Assembly (NCBI GenBank): GCA_025594325.1
Contig: JANHCV010000004.1
Coordinates: 620,001 to 684,000 of the forward strand
DNA from: Blastocladiella emersonii ATCC 22665
Lineage: Eukaryota > Fungi > Blastocladiomycota
DNA length: 64,000 nt
Reading direction: 5' to 3'
Part shown: positions 35,614 to 48,243 of the stretch, piece by piece
How positions within the stretch are numbered: position 1 is the first letter of the stretch
How the letters are laid out: each line of letters begins with the position of its first letter
The notes under the pieces: model-generated
Seen by the model: only the letters and a program-made list of their open reading frames with translations
Databases searched by the model: none
What the model was told of the DNA's origin: nothing
Made by a program: the position numbers and the translations under genes

Positions 35614-38600
35614 ATGAAACTAGCCCTCATAGGACTTCTTGCAATCAATCTTTTGGCCGCGGTGGCGTCCGCAACACGGCCACTGGCGGACGATTCCACG
35701 GCTTCGCAGCAGCGCGTCACCAGCGACAGTGCTCACGCGCGTTCGCACAGCCTGCCGAGTGCAGTCGCGCCGTCGCACTACGACCTCGACTTGACTCTCG
35801 ACTTTGACGCGTTCAACTTTTCGGGACGCGCGATCATCGATCTCCGCGTGCATGAGCCCATCGACACTATCACGTTCAATGCGGTCGCGCTGAGCCTCGG
35901 CTCAATCCGCCTCGAGCAGGCGGTGTCGGACGACCCGAGCCAGGCCAGCGAGGTGCCCATCGTGAACGCGATCGAAACCGCCAAGCTCGAGCAGGTCACG
36001 TTGCACCTCGCGCGAAACTTGACGGCCGCGGCGCCCGCTCGTCTGACTGTCGAGTACGCCGGGCTCATTGGCAAGAAGATGAGCGGGATGTACCGCTCGC
36101 ACTACACGGATCCCGAGGGAGCGAAGCGGGTCATGGCCGTCACGCAGTTTCAGGCAGCTGATGCTCGCCGAGTTTTTCCTTGCTGGTACGGTTCCTTGGT
36201 CTCTCGATGTGGGTGCGTGGGCAGCTCATTAGGCCGTGGTTGTAGGGACGAACCTTCGCTCCGTGCGACGTTCAAAGTGACTTTGAGCCATCCCGAGGAC
36301 CTGACGGCGCTCTCAAACACGCACGTCGAGGCGGCGCGTTCGCATCCCGATATTCCGGGCTACACTACGACAGCCTTTTCCCCGACACCATCCATGTCGA
36401 CCTACGTACGCCCCTCAAACTACCGCGACTGCTCCGCCAGCTCACATGACGCGTGTGTAGATTGTGGCCATGGCGGTCGGGCCGTTCGAGTACCTCGAGG
36501 CCACGCTCGCCCCTTCTCTCCCGCACGTCCCGCGGCCCATCGCAGTGCGCGCGTACACACCGATCGGGATGCGCGACCGCGCGCAGTTTGCCCTCGACAC
36601 GACGCTGCGCAGCCTGCCCCGTCTCGCTGCCGCGTTTGGGACGGCGTACCCGCTTGAGAAGCTCGACCTGCTTGCGTACGTGCTGGTTCTGCGCGTTCGG
36701 AGACCGCTACTGACGCGTAAGACTAGCGTGCCAGACTTTGATTTCAGCGCAATGGAAAACTGGGGACTGCTCGCGTTCCGCACATCCAAGCTGCTCGTCG
36801 GGCCGGGGTTCGGGACCAAGAAGAGCGTCGCGTACACAGTGTGCCACGAGCTCGCGCACCAGTGGTTCGGCAACCTCGTCACCATGTCCTGGGTACCGCT
36901 CGACTCGTGCTTTTTCGGCTCTCACGGGACTGATTATCATTGTTGTGGTGTAGTGGGACGACCTCTGGCTCAACGAGGGCTTCGCGGTAGTATTGCCCCA
37001 CCGCACCCGCTGGGCCACGGGAACTGACCACGGCCCTCGCGGTGCCTTGTAGACGTGGATCTCGTACTGGATGACTGACCAGCTCTTCCCGTCATGGGAC
37101 GTGTGGACGTCGTTCACGGCCGACACGGTCGATTCGGCGCTGGTCTCGGACAGCTACGCGTCGACGCACCCGGTGCAGTCCGCCGTCGTCTCGCCCGCAG
37201 ATATCGCGCAGGTATTCGACGCGGTCACGTACAACAAGGGCGCGGCGCTGATCCGCATGATCCACGGGCACCTCGGCCCGCGCGTCTTCTTCGACCGGCT
37301 GCGCGCGTACATTCGCGAGCACAGCTACGGCGCCGCAATCACGGCCGACCTGTTCCGCGCGCTCGGCGGCGACGAGCTCGAGCTCGCCGAGACGATGGGG
37401 CCGTGGCTGCACCGAAGCGGGTTCCCTGTCGTCGCGGCGCGGCGGACGCGGGGTGGGGCGGTCCAGATCGCGCGGCTCGGGTCGTTGCCCGAGGCATCAA
37501 CGGAAGAGCCTGACTGGACGTGGATCCCCGTCGCTGTCGCGTCGGACACAAGCCGGGCCACCACGTCAACCACGCTCTCGGGTAGCGACGATGCGGCGAC
37601 CGTCGCCATCGCCCCGTCGTCCCACCACTTCATCGCCAACCCCGCATCCGCGAGCTACCTGCGCGTCGCCTACTCTCCGCGCGACCTCGCCGCCCTCACC
37701 ACAGCCCTCGCCCGCGGCCCACGCCGCACCTCGCCCCTCGCCAACCCCGCGACGCGCGCGGCGCTTATCAACGACGCCATGGCGCTCGCCGAGCTGGGCG
37801 TGTACTCCTCGCACCAGCTGGTATCCCTCCTCGCGGCGGCGGTGCAGCGCGAGACGCACCCGGCCGTGATCACGGCGGTGCACGACCACCTCGGCGACCT
37901 CGCGCGCGCCTTCCCTTCGACGCGCGGCGCGCCGGCCAGGCTCGCCGCACAGCTGCTGATGCCGTGGGTCGCAAAAGAACTCGAACCGCGCCACGCGCAC
38001 CGGTTCCCCGCCCCGCGGCCGCGGAACGGCGTGAAGCCGATCACGCCGCTCGCGGCCGTGACGCTACTCGCCAACGACCACGGCGGCGGCGCGTGGCACC
38101 CGGCGCTCGTCCCGTGGGCGCGCCGGCACGTTGCGCGGCGTGGGGCCGGGAACGTACGGCGCCGGCATCTCGCGTATACGGTGCTTGCGCGGTACGGCGA
38201 CGCGGCCGACCGCCGCTTGCTGTGGACGCGGCTCCGCCGTATCAACGGCACAGCCGACACGGATATGCTGGTCCTGACGCTCGCCCTCGCCGGCTCTCCT
38301 TCCACGCGCTCGCGCCTCGCCATCCTGCACCACTCCCTGAGCGACGCGGTGCGCCCGCAAGACTTCGCGCGCGTCGTCCGCACAGTCGTCACGTCGTCTT
38401 CGCCGCACACCGTGCGCGCCGTGTGGCGCGCGGTCCACGCCGCGTGGCCCGCGCTCGAGCGGCGGATGGCCGGGTCAATGTCCGTTCTCAGCAGCGTGGT
38501 CGGTGCGCTCGATGGGGCCGCGGACGCGCGGATTGCGGGCGAGATCGAGGCGTTCTTCGCGGGCAGACGGCGCGCGAACCCCGCCGCGGCGGCGTGGATC

Positions 38601-38717
38601 GGGCGCGCGGTCAAGAGTACGGTTGAGCGGGTACGTCGCCGTGCCGCGTGGCGCGAGCGCGAGGAAGAGGGGATGGCGCGGGCGTGGCGCGAGGTGGTCG
38701 GTGACGGCGAGGAGTGA
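35614..38717 (+). CDS. M1-family zinc aminopeptidase (APN/Ape2-like) with signal peptide; about 5 introns in 36185..37052
   Basis: Signal peptide MKLALIGLLAINLLAAVASA, PSHYDLDL, TQFQAADARRVFPCW|DEP, PDFDFSAMENWG, HELAHQWFGNLVTMSW|WDDLWLNEGFA, YNKGA and an ERAP1_C-like C-terminus. Confidence 0.92.
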
Positions 38718-39779
38718 GTGACTGGCGAATATACGGCCCGAAGTTTCTGGATGACGCCGCGTTCCAGTACTCGGCAGGGATGATTCCCGAGGGCATGAAC
38801 GCGGCCGCAAGCCGTGGCGGTGGCGCAGCGCGCCGCGAACGGGAGTGCATCACAGCGCGTGCATCAGCATCAGGGACAGTGCGTCACTCTCGAGCTTGCC
38901 GCCCGCTTAGGCCGCGCTTCGATTGGCCGCCACAGCGTTTCGTCCGCGGCGCCACACACCATGGTCGCCGTCGGCGTCAGCGGTGGTCACCCGCTCTCCC
39001 CACACGCTGTGCTCCGGCCGTCCTTCGAACGCCCACGCCTGCATCTCCGCCCGCGGCCGCAGCGACCTGGGTGCTCCCGACCACCGACACCCACCCACTC
39101 TCGCTCTCTCGCTCCCGCAGCTGTGGCGGCGCATCCTACCGACCAACCAGCGAGCCCACGCCGGACCGGAGCCTTCTCCCAGGTACGTGCCGTCTGTGCT
39201 GCGCGCCTCCGCCGCTGCTCCGCCGCCGCTTCCTTCCGCACCCAGGCCCTCCCTCGCACTCGCGCCTCCCGTCGGCCTCTCCGCAGGCACTTTCCCTTTA
39301 CGCCCGCCGACTCGGATGTTGCGCACACGAGCACGCGGGGGTCGCGCTTCGCCACGCTTCGCCTCGCCGTGTCTGGCGCAGGCAGCGCTGGCCTTCGCTG
39401 TGCGGCGGTCGCGACCACCGCGGCCGCCGAACCCTTCCTCCTTCGCTCGCTCGGAAGTCTCCGGCCTGCTGAGTCGTCGAGCAGGCGGGCGGGCGGGCCG
39501 AGAAGGAGAACGTGCGCCCGTTTCGCCCGATCTCCCTGGCCGGCTGCTCGGGCATGATGCCTCCTCGGCTTCGAACGCCGCCGCCACCGCCGCCGCCGCC
39601 AACTTGGACGCCACGCTCACACGCCCTCTCACCCGCTTCTCCCTCTCTCCCTGCCCCTAAAGCGGCTTCCCATGTATCTCTGCTAGCGACCCGGCGTATC
39701 TCGACCCGACGACTCTCCTCAACGCAACACGACCACCATCACCCTCGCGCACCCACCCTTCCTCCCTCCCTCGACGACC

Positions 39780-42245
39780 ATGGGCCGCCGCAAGATCAAG
39801 ATCCTGCCGATCCGCGACGACCGCACGCGCCAGGTGACGCTGGTCAAGCGCAAGGCCGGGCTCATGAAGAAGGCGTTCGAGCTCGCCACGCTGTGCAGCT
39901 GCGACATCGGCCTCGTCATCTTCTCGCCCAACGGCAAGCTCTTCGAGTTCGCCTCCAACGCCGACATGGACGGCATCCTCCTCCGATACGCAGAGTACAC
40001 GCTCCCGCACGAGTCCAAGTCCAACGCCGACTTTGCCGAGGTCGACGACGACGCGCGCGGGTCCGACGACGACGACGAGCCGGTCGCGGCGGCGGCGGCT
40101 CCGCAGCAGCAGCAGCAGCAGCAGGTGTCGCACCCGGCCCAGACCTTCCACCATCCCCACCAGCAGCACGAGTTGCGCCAGCCCAAGCTCGAGCCGCACC
40201 CGCACCCGCAGCCGCGCGAGCAAGAGCAGCAGCGGTACGCCGGCGAGCCGCAGTACTACCAGGCCCCGCCGCTCCCGCCCGCGCAGCTGCAGCGCCAGCA
40301 GCTCCAGCTCCGCCGCCAGCTCGAGCACCCGCAACAGCACTCGCACTCGCTCCAGTCGCCCTTCCTCTCGGCCGCGGGCGCCAACGCCGCCGCTGCCGCC
40401 GACTCGGCCAGCGGGCCCGTGCCCATGGACGTGGTCATGGATCACACGCCGCACCCGTACCACCACCACAACCAGCACTCGTACCACCACGCGCACCAGC
40501 AGCATCAGCTCCCGTCGCTCGCGTTCCCGCCGCCCATCGACACGGCTGCCCGCGGCGGCGGCAACCCGGCGGCGGCGATGCGCGGCGCGCCCCCGCTGTC
40601 GTCGTCGTACCCGCCACCAACGCCCAACGAGTCGTACCCGCGCTCGGCAACCGGACATCCGTACCACTCGCAGCAGTACGCGCCACCGCCGCCGCAGTCC
40701 AGCTTTGCCGCCGTGACCGCCAACGACCTGCCGACGCCCATGCTCACTCCGCCGATCCGGTCCGGCGGGAGCGGTAACGGCGGCGGTGGTCCGCCCTCGG
40801 CGTTCCCACCACACGACCAACACGCGCCCGCGCCCGGGCCCGCCGCCTCGGCCTCGCCCAAACCCAACTCGCTCAAGCGGCCCGCCGAGGAGCCCGTCGA
40901 CGTGTACGCGACCACGTCCGCCGCCGAGTCCACTTCCTCCACCCTCGCTGGCGGCGGCGCGGCCCCGGCGCACAAGCGCAAACCCAACTTCATGCGCAAG
41001 CAGCCCTTCTCGCTGAAACTGCAGATCCCGGGCTCGCCCGCAGCCGCCGGCGGGTCGACGTCACCGTCCATGGCGCTGCCGCCTGCCGACGGGCGCGGGC
41101 CCGTGCTCCTCGAGCCGAACCCGTCGTCGGCGGGGGTTGTGGGAGTGTCGCCTGGCGGGCATGCGGGGCATCATCATTACTACCACGGGTCGTCGGCGTC
41201 GTCGCACCCGCTCGCGCAGCACCATTACGTCGGGAGCCAGTACGCGCAGGCGCAAGGGCAGGGCGCGACGCCGATGACGGCCGGGCTCTCGTCGCCCATG
41301 CAGGGCGCGTCGCTGCACGGCACCTCGTCGTACCCGGGTCCGACGCCATCGGGCAGCAGCGGTGCCGCTGCGCGGTACCCGCCACCAACGACGGGTGCGC
41401 CGTCCTCGTCGACACACTACGCGAACGCACCAGCCAGCTCCCTCCCGCTGTCCCTCCCCGCGAGCGCATTCCCGCCGTTCACGGCGACGACGCCCGGCGG
41501 CAGCGCCCTGGGCCGTCCGCGCTCGCCGTTCCCGCTCATGAAGGGCAGCACTGGCGGCGCCGCTTCCTCGTACCTCCCGCTCCCCGCCAGCTCCGGCGCG
41601 ACCGCGGGCCCACAGTCCGCGGGCATCCTGCCGAGCCCGTCGGCCTTCTTCCCGGACCGGTCGACGTTCACGGCGCACCACAACCATCATCACCACAACC
41701 AGCACCACGCGGGGTCGGGTTCGAGTTCGAGCGGCGGCGCGCCCGGGATCGCGTCGTCGTCGCCGCACCCCGCGGGACTCGCGTCGCCCATGTTCCCGTC
41801 GCCGATCGCGGGCCCACCGACGGCGGCCGCTGGGGCCGGGCAGCAGCACGCGCAGCACCCGCTGAGTCGCGATACGTGGTGCGAGACGGCCACTGCGTCG
41901 GCACAGCACGCGTCGGGCGAAGCGGCGGGCGCGGCGTCGTTGCCGAGTATCGCGATCGGGTCGCCGCCCGAGCAGCCCGCGGCGCAGCAGCACGCGCAGC
42001 AGCAGCACGCGCAGCCGTACCCGGCCCCCGTCGCGGGCGGCGGGTACACGGCGGCGCCAGCGCACGACCAGCAGCGCGGCGACGGCGACGAGCGGTATGC
42101 GCGGTACGAGCACCACGGCCACCACGGCCACGGTAGCGGGTACCACCAGCACCAGCAGTACTACGGCGGCGGCAGCGGTGACGCGTCATCGCCACCGACA
42201 ACGGGGCCGAGTAGTGGCGACCAGACGAGCGCGGCCGCAGAGTAG
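39780..42245 (+). CDS. MEF2-type MADS-box transcription factor (Rlm1/Smp1-like)
   Basis: MGRRKIKILPIRDDRTRQVTLVKRKAGLMKKAFELATLCSCDIGLVIF...DMDGILLRYAEY, followed by a long Q/H/P/S low-complexity region. Confidence 0.93.
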   Translation: MGRRKIKILPIRDDRTRQVTLVKRKAGLMKKAFELATLCSCDIGLVIFSPNGKLFEFASNADMDGILLRYAEYTLPHESKSNADFAEVDDDARGSDDDDEPVAAAAAPQQQQQQQVSHPAQTFHHPHQQHELRQPKLEPHPHPQPREQEQQRYAGEPQYYQAPPLPPAQLQRQQLQLRRQLEHPQQHSHSLQSPFLSAAGANAAAAADSASGPVPMDVVMDHTPHPYHHHNQHSYHHAHQQHQLPSLAFPPPIDTAARGGGNPAAAMRGAPPLSSSYPPPTPNESYPRSATGHPYHSQQYAPPPPQSSFAAVTANDLPTPMLTPPIRSGGSGNGGGGPPSAFPPHDQHAPAPGPAASASPKPNSLKRPAEEPVDVYATTSAAESTSSTLAGGGAAPAHKRKPNFMRKQPFSLKLQIPGSPAAAGGSTSPSMALPPADGRGPVLLEPNPSSAGVVGVSPGGHAGHHHYYHGSSASSHPLAQHHYVGSQYAQAQGQGATPMTAGLSSPMQGASLHGTSSYPGPTPSGSSGAAARYPPPTTGAPSSSTHYANAPASSLPLSLPASAFPPFTATTPGGSALGRPRSPFPLMKGSTGGAASSYLPLPASSGATAGPQSAGILPSPSAFFPDRSTFTAHHNHHHHNQHHAGSGSSSSGGAPGIASSSPHPAGLASPMFPSPIAGPPTAAAGAGQQHAQHPLSRDTWCETATASAQHASGEAAGAASLPSIAIGSPPEQPAAQQHAQQQHAQPYPAPVAGGGYTAAPAHDQQRGDGDERYARYEHHGHHGHGSGYHQHQQYYGGGSGDASSPPTTGPSSGDQTSAAAE

Positions 42246-42398
42246 CCAACCAAGCAGCGACACATTTTTCTTCTCCCACACACATGCATAGATCCGTCAA
42301 CTGTCCGTTTTGCCCCCTTCCCGAGATTCCTTTTCCAATCAATAGACTTTGTTAAACCACGACAATCTCCACTCGCGCGCACCCTCGCGCGTCACCGT

Positions 42399-43948
42399 TT
42401 AGAGGTACAGGCCCTCGGGGGTACCTTCGCTCTTCTGGTACAGGACCTTCTCCTTGGCCTTGCGGAAGTCGTCGCCGACGACCTTCATGCGGCGCTCGCG
42501 GAGGGCGAGGAGACCGGCCTCGGTGCAGATGGCCTTGATGTCGGCGCCCGAGAGGTCGTCCTTGGACATGACAAACTCCTCGAGGTCGACGTCGGGCGCA
42601 AGGGTCATGCGCGACGTGTGGATGTTGAAGATGCGGCGCTTGGTCTTGACGTCGGGGAGCGGGAACTCAATCTTGCGATCGATGCGGCCGGGGCGGATGA
42701 GCGCCGGGTCGAGCGACTCGATGCGGTTGGTGGCCATGATCACCTTGACGTCGCCGCGCGAGTCGAAGCCGTCGAGCTGGTTGAGCAGCTCGAGCATGGT
42801 GCGCTGGATCTCCTTTTCGCCGCCCGACGTCGAGTCGTACCGCTTGGTGCCGACCGCGTCGATCTCGTCAATGAACACAATCGACGGCGCGTGCTCCTCG
42901 GCGACGCGGAAGATCTCGCGCACGAGCTTGGGGCCCTCGCCCAGGTACTTTTGGATCAGCTCGGACCCGACGACGCGCAGGAACGTGGCCGACGTCTGGT
43001 TCGCCACGGCCTTGGCCAGGAGCGTCTTGCCCGTGCCGGGGGCGCCGTACAGGATGACGCCCTTGGGCGGGCGGATGCCCATCTCCTCGTACAGCTCCGG
43101 GTGGGTGAGCGGCAGCTCGACCGACTCCTTGATCTCCTGGATCTGCTGGTCGAGCCCGCCCACGTCCGCGTACGACTCGGTCGGCGCCTTCTCGAGCTTC
43201 ATCACCGACACGGTCGGGTCCGCGTCGTCGCCGAGCACGCCCACCACGCTGTTGTTCTTGTGGTGGGTCAGGATCGTGCACCCGGGCTCGAGCAGGTCCT
43301 TGTCGACAAACGACATGATCGACACGTAGTACTCGGGCCCCGTGGCCGAGCTCACGATGGCGTGGTCGTCGTCGATGATCTCGTCGAGCGTGCCGACGGC
43401 CATCGGGGAACCGCGCAGGTCGTCCACCTTGGTGCGCTCGTCCGACTCGCCGGCCTTGTCGCCGGCCTCGAGCTGCGCCTGCGCCTTCTCCTTCTCCTGC
43501 ACGGGCTTGAGCGCCTCCTGGTTGGTGACAAACTCCTCCTCGATGTCGAGGTAGTCCTTGATGCGCTCGAACTTGAGCAGCTTGAGGCGGCAGCGGGTGG
43601 TCGGGAAGACTGATTGGGGGGCGGGCGGGTCAGTGGCGGCGGGTCAGCAGCACTCATAAGCGAGAGCGAACGTACCGGGCGGCAGCTTGTTGATCGAGTC
43701 GGGCCCCTTTCTCTTCTTCTTCTTGCCGACGCGCGACGCAACTGGTGGCTCCCACTTCTTCTTGTCCTTGTCCTTGTCGTCCTTTTTCTGGCCCTTGCCC
43801 TGGCCGGGCAGGCCGGGCGCGCCCGACTGCGTGTTACCCTACGGGGTGGGGCGTGGTGGCGGTCGGTCGTAAGCAACTGCTCTGATACATGACGCGGCCG
43901 AAGTCGTGGCGCGCGCGCGCGAAAGAGATTCATGAGGTCGCTCACCAT
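42399..43948 (-). CDS. RPT2: 26S proteasome AAA-ATPase Rpt2 (regulatory subunit 4); 2 introns, the first immediately after the ATG
   Basis: [67 protein letters not shown] and C-terminal PEGLYL. Confidence 0.97.
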
Positions 43949-44251
43949 GGTGTTGGCGGTGTCGATGCGTGTGTTCCGTGTGGGACAGGATCGCAATCCG
44001 CCGAAAACGAGGGGAGGGGAGGGGAGGCGAACGGCGACCGATGAGCGTCGCGCAGACGCGTTCGCCCGCCGCGGCGATGACGACGGGCGCCGGCTGAGCC
44101 CACCTGACTGGCGCTTTTCGGCTCCGCCACTCCCCGCTGTTGACGGCCGCTCGCGATCCCGAACCCCTTCCCTTCTCCCTCACCAAACGGCGATCGACCC
44201 CGATCCCCGCATGTAACTTGATCCGCTGCAACGAAAGAACGCATCAACACC

Positions 44252-45154
44252 ATGCTCCGCTCTGCCATCCACGCCGGCCTGCGCGCACGGAGCGCGACCG
44301 CGACTGCGACCGCACGGCCCCTCGCCGCCGCCGCCATGACGTCGTCGCCGTGCCGCCACAACTCCGACGACGCAGCGTCCAAGACGCACTTTGGGTTCAA
44401 GACGGTGGCCGAGGGTGAGAAAGAGCGCCTCGTCGCGGGCGTGTTCAGCTCGGTGGCCGACTCGTACGACGTGATGAACGACGCCATGAGCATGGGCATC
44501 CACCGGTGCTGGAAGAGCACGTTCATCGAGCGCATGGCGCCGACGCCCGAGACGCGCCTGCTCGACGTGGCCGGCGGCACCGGCGACATCGCGCTGCGGT
44601 ACCTCGACTACATCAAGCAGCACCACGGCGGCCAGCTCGGCAACGCGCACGTCACGCTGCTCGATATCAACCCGGAGATGCTGCGTGTCGGCGAGCAGCG
44701 GTTCCGCAAGCTCGGGTTTGCCGAGGGCAACCCGCACGTGTCGTTCCTCGAGGGTAACGCCGAGCACCTCGACGGCATCGCCGACGAGTCGGTCGACGTG
44801 TACACGATCGCGTTCGGGATCCGCAACGTGACCCACATCGACCGCGCGATCCGCCAGGCGCACCGCGTGCTCAAGAAGGGCGGGCGGTTCATGGTGCTCG
44901 AGTTCGGGAAAGTCAACAACCCGCTCCTCGCCGCCGCCTACGACCAGTACTCGTTCCGCATGATCCCGCACCTCGGCCAGATCCTCGCCAACGACCGCGA
45001 CTCGTACCAGTACCTCGTCGAGTCCATCCGCAAGTTCCCCACCCAGGACGAGTTTGTCGCCATGATGAAGGCCGAGGGGTTCCAGGTCGTCGGCAAGGGG
45101 TACGAGGACCTCACCTTCGGGATCGCGACCATCTGGAGCGGCTGGAAGCTGTAG
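44252..45154 (+). CDS. COQ5: Ubiquinone biosynthesis C-methyltransferase Coq5 (UbiE family), mitochondrial
   Basis: THFGFKTV...VFSSVADSYDVMNDAMSMGIHRCWK, LLDVAGGTGDIA, YTIAFGIRNVT and YLVESIRKFP. Confidence 0.97.
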   Translation: MLRSAIHAGLRARSATATATARPLAAAAMTSSPCRHNSDDAASKTHFGFKTVAEGEKERLVAGVFSSVADSYDVMNDAMSMGIHRCWKSTFIERMAPTPETRLLDVAGGTGDIALRYLDYIKQHHGGQLGNAHVTLLDINPEMLRVGEQRFRKLGFAEGNPHVSFLEGNAEHLDGIADESVDVYTIAFGIRNVTHIDRAIRQAHRVLKKGGRFMVLEFGKVNNPLLAAAYDQYSFRMIPHLGQILANDRDSYQYLVESIRKFPTQDEFVAMMKAEGFQVVGKGYEDLTFGIATIWSGWKL

Positions 45155-45260
45155 AGGGTCTCGGAAGTCGAAAACATGAACAACAGAGCACATATATATT
45201 ACGTAGTAATCAAAGCCTTTCACTCTCTCGCTCGCTGCTCCACATTATGCCTCGATCACA

Positions 45261-45360
45261 TCAGTACTTGATCCCAAACACGTTAAGCACCCGCGTGTTG
45301 GCTTCCTCGAGGCCATTGGCCTTGACCATGGCCGCGAGACTCGCTGGGCTGACTGACGAG
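45261..45360 (-). pseudogene. Array copy A: C-terminal fragment of the F-box-like family
   Basis: Encodes ...LAAMVKANGLEEANTRVLNVFGIKY*, nearly identical in DNA to the 3' ends at 45841, 48542 and 50370. Confidence 0.75.
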
Positions 45361-45840
45361 AGCGCGTCGACGGCGACGGCAAGGTCGCGCGGGCATTTGA
45401 GCGGTTGGACGACTATCGCGGTGAGCAGCCCAATACGCCGGGAGCAGCGAGAGAACCGCGTGGACGACCGTGGCGATCATGTTTAGATTGTGCAGCGCGG
45501 CGCCGTCGCGCGCGACCGCGGGGACCGCCCACCCGACGAACTTGACGCCCGCATCTGCGCTCATCTCAGTGAAGGTGAGCATGATGCGCACGGCTATGGC
45601 CATGAATTCGACCGTGGCCGTCAAACAGACCAAGCCTTCTTCGCGTGGCAGATCACGCTGTGGCGCATCGCGACTCGCGCTGAGCGGTCGCGGTGGACTC
45701 TGCTTCTGTCATGGTCCACGTTGCGCATCACGGCGGGCGCTTCCATGCCATCGCTCAGCTGTAGAGCAAGAAAAAATGTATAACGCAACATTACGCAACC
45801 AGCAATTCAACCACCTCGCGCCCAACAAGGATCAGCGCCG

Positions 45841-48243
45841 TCAGTACTTGATCCCAAACACGTCAAGCACCCGCGACTTGGCCTCCTCGAGCCCCTTGGC
45901 CCTGACCACGGCAACGAGACCCGCTTTGAGCTTGTCCGACGGCGGGAAAATGCGCAGCAGCACACACGCGAGGTCGTAGTTGCCGTCCGAAACGGCGACA
46001 AGCGTTAGCGAATCGCTAACTTCCTGACCCAGGCCCAAACCGAGCTGAGTTGGATCGCTGCCAGCAGCCTCGAGCAACGTGTCCACAACCCACGGGACCA
46101 CAAAGGCCGCTGGAAGCACTTCGCGGGCCACCATCATCGCGTCGCGCTCTGTCAGCCAAAGAAACAGCCGCAGCTTCAAGCGCTCGGCCTTGCTCGACGC
46201 GACGGCGGGATCAAACGAAATGAGCTCGGCGACAGTGAGCAGACCAAACTTGACACAAGCGCCAAGCATGTCGCCAAATGTCTTTGGATAACGCTGGAAG
46301 AAACCATCGAGAATTGGGAACAAGCAGTTCACGGACTCCTCATCAGCTGAGCTCGAGTCGTCAGGGACACGATTGATTTTGTGAACGAGGTTCGACGCGA
46401 GATCGAACGCCAAGCGCTGCTGCATCATGTTCCCGACGTCGCCGTGCCCGTCAAGGAGGTCAAGCAGTTCGTCCAAAGCTAAAGGCGCGTTATTCCTGCC
46501 AGCTTGGTGAAAAAGGCCCAACACAAAAGACCACACAAGTTGCAGTTTAAGGTCCGCGCGCCCGAATTGAGGGCCGATCCACTCGAGCGTTTGGTGGACA
46601 ACGCGACGCGGGTCAAGGCCCGACTCGGACGGAGAAAGAAGAAAGTCACAAGGGCCGCAAGAGAAAACGAGAACCGACACAAAAAAGCCCAGTTTGAGTC
46701 AAAGAGTTCACGGGGTGGAGGTAAATTGTCAAACTGCGAGCAGAACCGGAACAGCTCAACAATGTGGAGCTGACTTGGCGGCACGCCTTGCCTCCGAAAC
46801 GGGTAGACTAGAGCATGATCGACGATATGTTGTTAGTAAGCTGCAACGAGCGAGGAGAGTCGCCCTAGTTGTCAGACGCACCGCCAGTCACGACCTTGGC
46901 AAGCTCGTCGGAAGAAACATAAGCTTTGACGTATTCAACTATCGGCAGCATGAGGTCCGGATTCGGGAGAGATTCGAGGATAACCAACGACCACGAGTGG
47001 TTGTCGAGAAGCCCGACTTGAGCAAACCGAGGGATCAAGTCGTGGTGACCCTTCCTCAAAAAGTCGAGAAGGCGTTCAACAAGGCGCCAGCGTGTATTGC
47101 GAGGGCCTTGCTCTCTAGCAACGGGCGCGTCGTAGCGCTCAAAAAGATGGCAGAATAACTCGTAGCCCGGTTCGCAGCTTGTGCACGCGCTGTAAGCCGC
47201 GGCCGTGTGTCGGAAGTAGGCACAATCCCAACCCTCGTCTGCGAGCCAGTCAAGCAGGGCGGGAACGTGAGCAAAGTCGCCGCTGCACATGGAGCCACGA
47301 TGGCAAAGCGCGTCCATAATCACTTCGACCGCGTCTTGGTCCGACAGCCACTCCATAAAGCTAGCGCGGTCGACACCGTAATGATGGTTGAGAATCCCTT
47401 GAACGGTTTAGGTTTACGAAAGGTCCCACAAGACTACGGCCGCGAAAGCGAGAGCCATCGCATACGTGACTTGGGTGCGTTGGCTACCTTCGTGGTCCTC
47501 GCCATCAAGCATGAGACAAACGTCGCTTAATTATTGACGCACGAAATAATCCTCGATGAGCCACAAGCGTAACCAGGTCGAGAGGTCGGCGCGGTCGGTG
47601 AGAATGCTTGGAAAGAGGGCGAAAATATGATCCAAGCACGCAAGCATGGCATTGTGGTCGCCCGCGTGCAGAAAGAAGTAGGGAAGCGAGAGGCCCTCCG
47701 GAATGGCGCGAAAGCCAAACGAGCCGTACAGCGCATCAGACCCAGCAGGCACATCAGCGAAGGGGGCGAATGCGTCCATGACCGATCCGGGAAGCGGCTG
47801 GGTTCGACGATAAATGTACGCAAGAATCGATTTCGAAAACGGGTGCGCGAAGTTGGCCGATTTGTTGACGACATCGCGTTCAGGCAAGGACGGCAAGTAG
47901 ACCATCCGTAAGGCGCCGGGAAAGCGCAGTTTGAGGTACCACGCGAACGGCATCTGGAGCTGGCGGCTTTCGGGGATATCCTCGTCAATATCCTCGCGTT
48001 CGTCGATGGTGTACCTTCTTCGAGCTGCGCTGCGGCATACTCTTCATAAGAGGTCGTCAAAATCTTGCGTGCAAGCCAGGAGCGTTCGGTATGAGGCCCA
48101 GCAGTAAAGATGCTGCGCAAGGCGCTCGAGGAAGCGACAACGATCGTGCGTGGTTCGGCCAGTGCAACGACTCGCTCAAAAACATCAAGCGGCAAGTGCA
48201 ACCCTCCATTGGAGGGTCGCTGGTCATATTGCATCAGCTTCAT
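45841..48243 (-). pseudogene. Array copy B: full-length but disrupted F-box-like family gene
   Basis: MKLMQY...LPLDVFERVVALA. Frameshift near 48010, in-frame TAA at 47531 and two more near 47410, a second frameshift near 46680. Shares copy D's intron; ends VLDVFGIKY*. Confidence 0.8.

Noticed and set aside
47400-47540. In-frame TAA codons in array copy B as evidence for a reassigned genetic code
   Set aside because: The same copy also has frameshifts, and other genes in the window use TAA, TAG and TGA as normal stops. Pseudogenisation is the simpler explanation.
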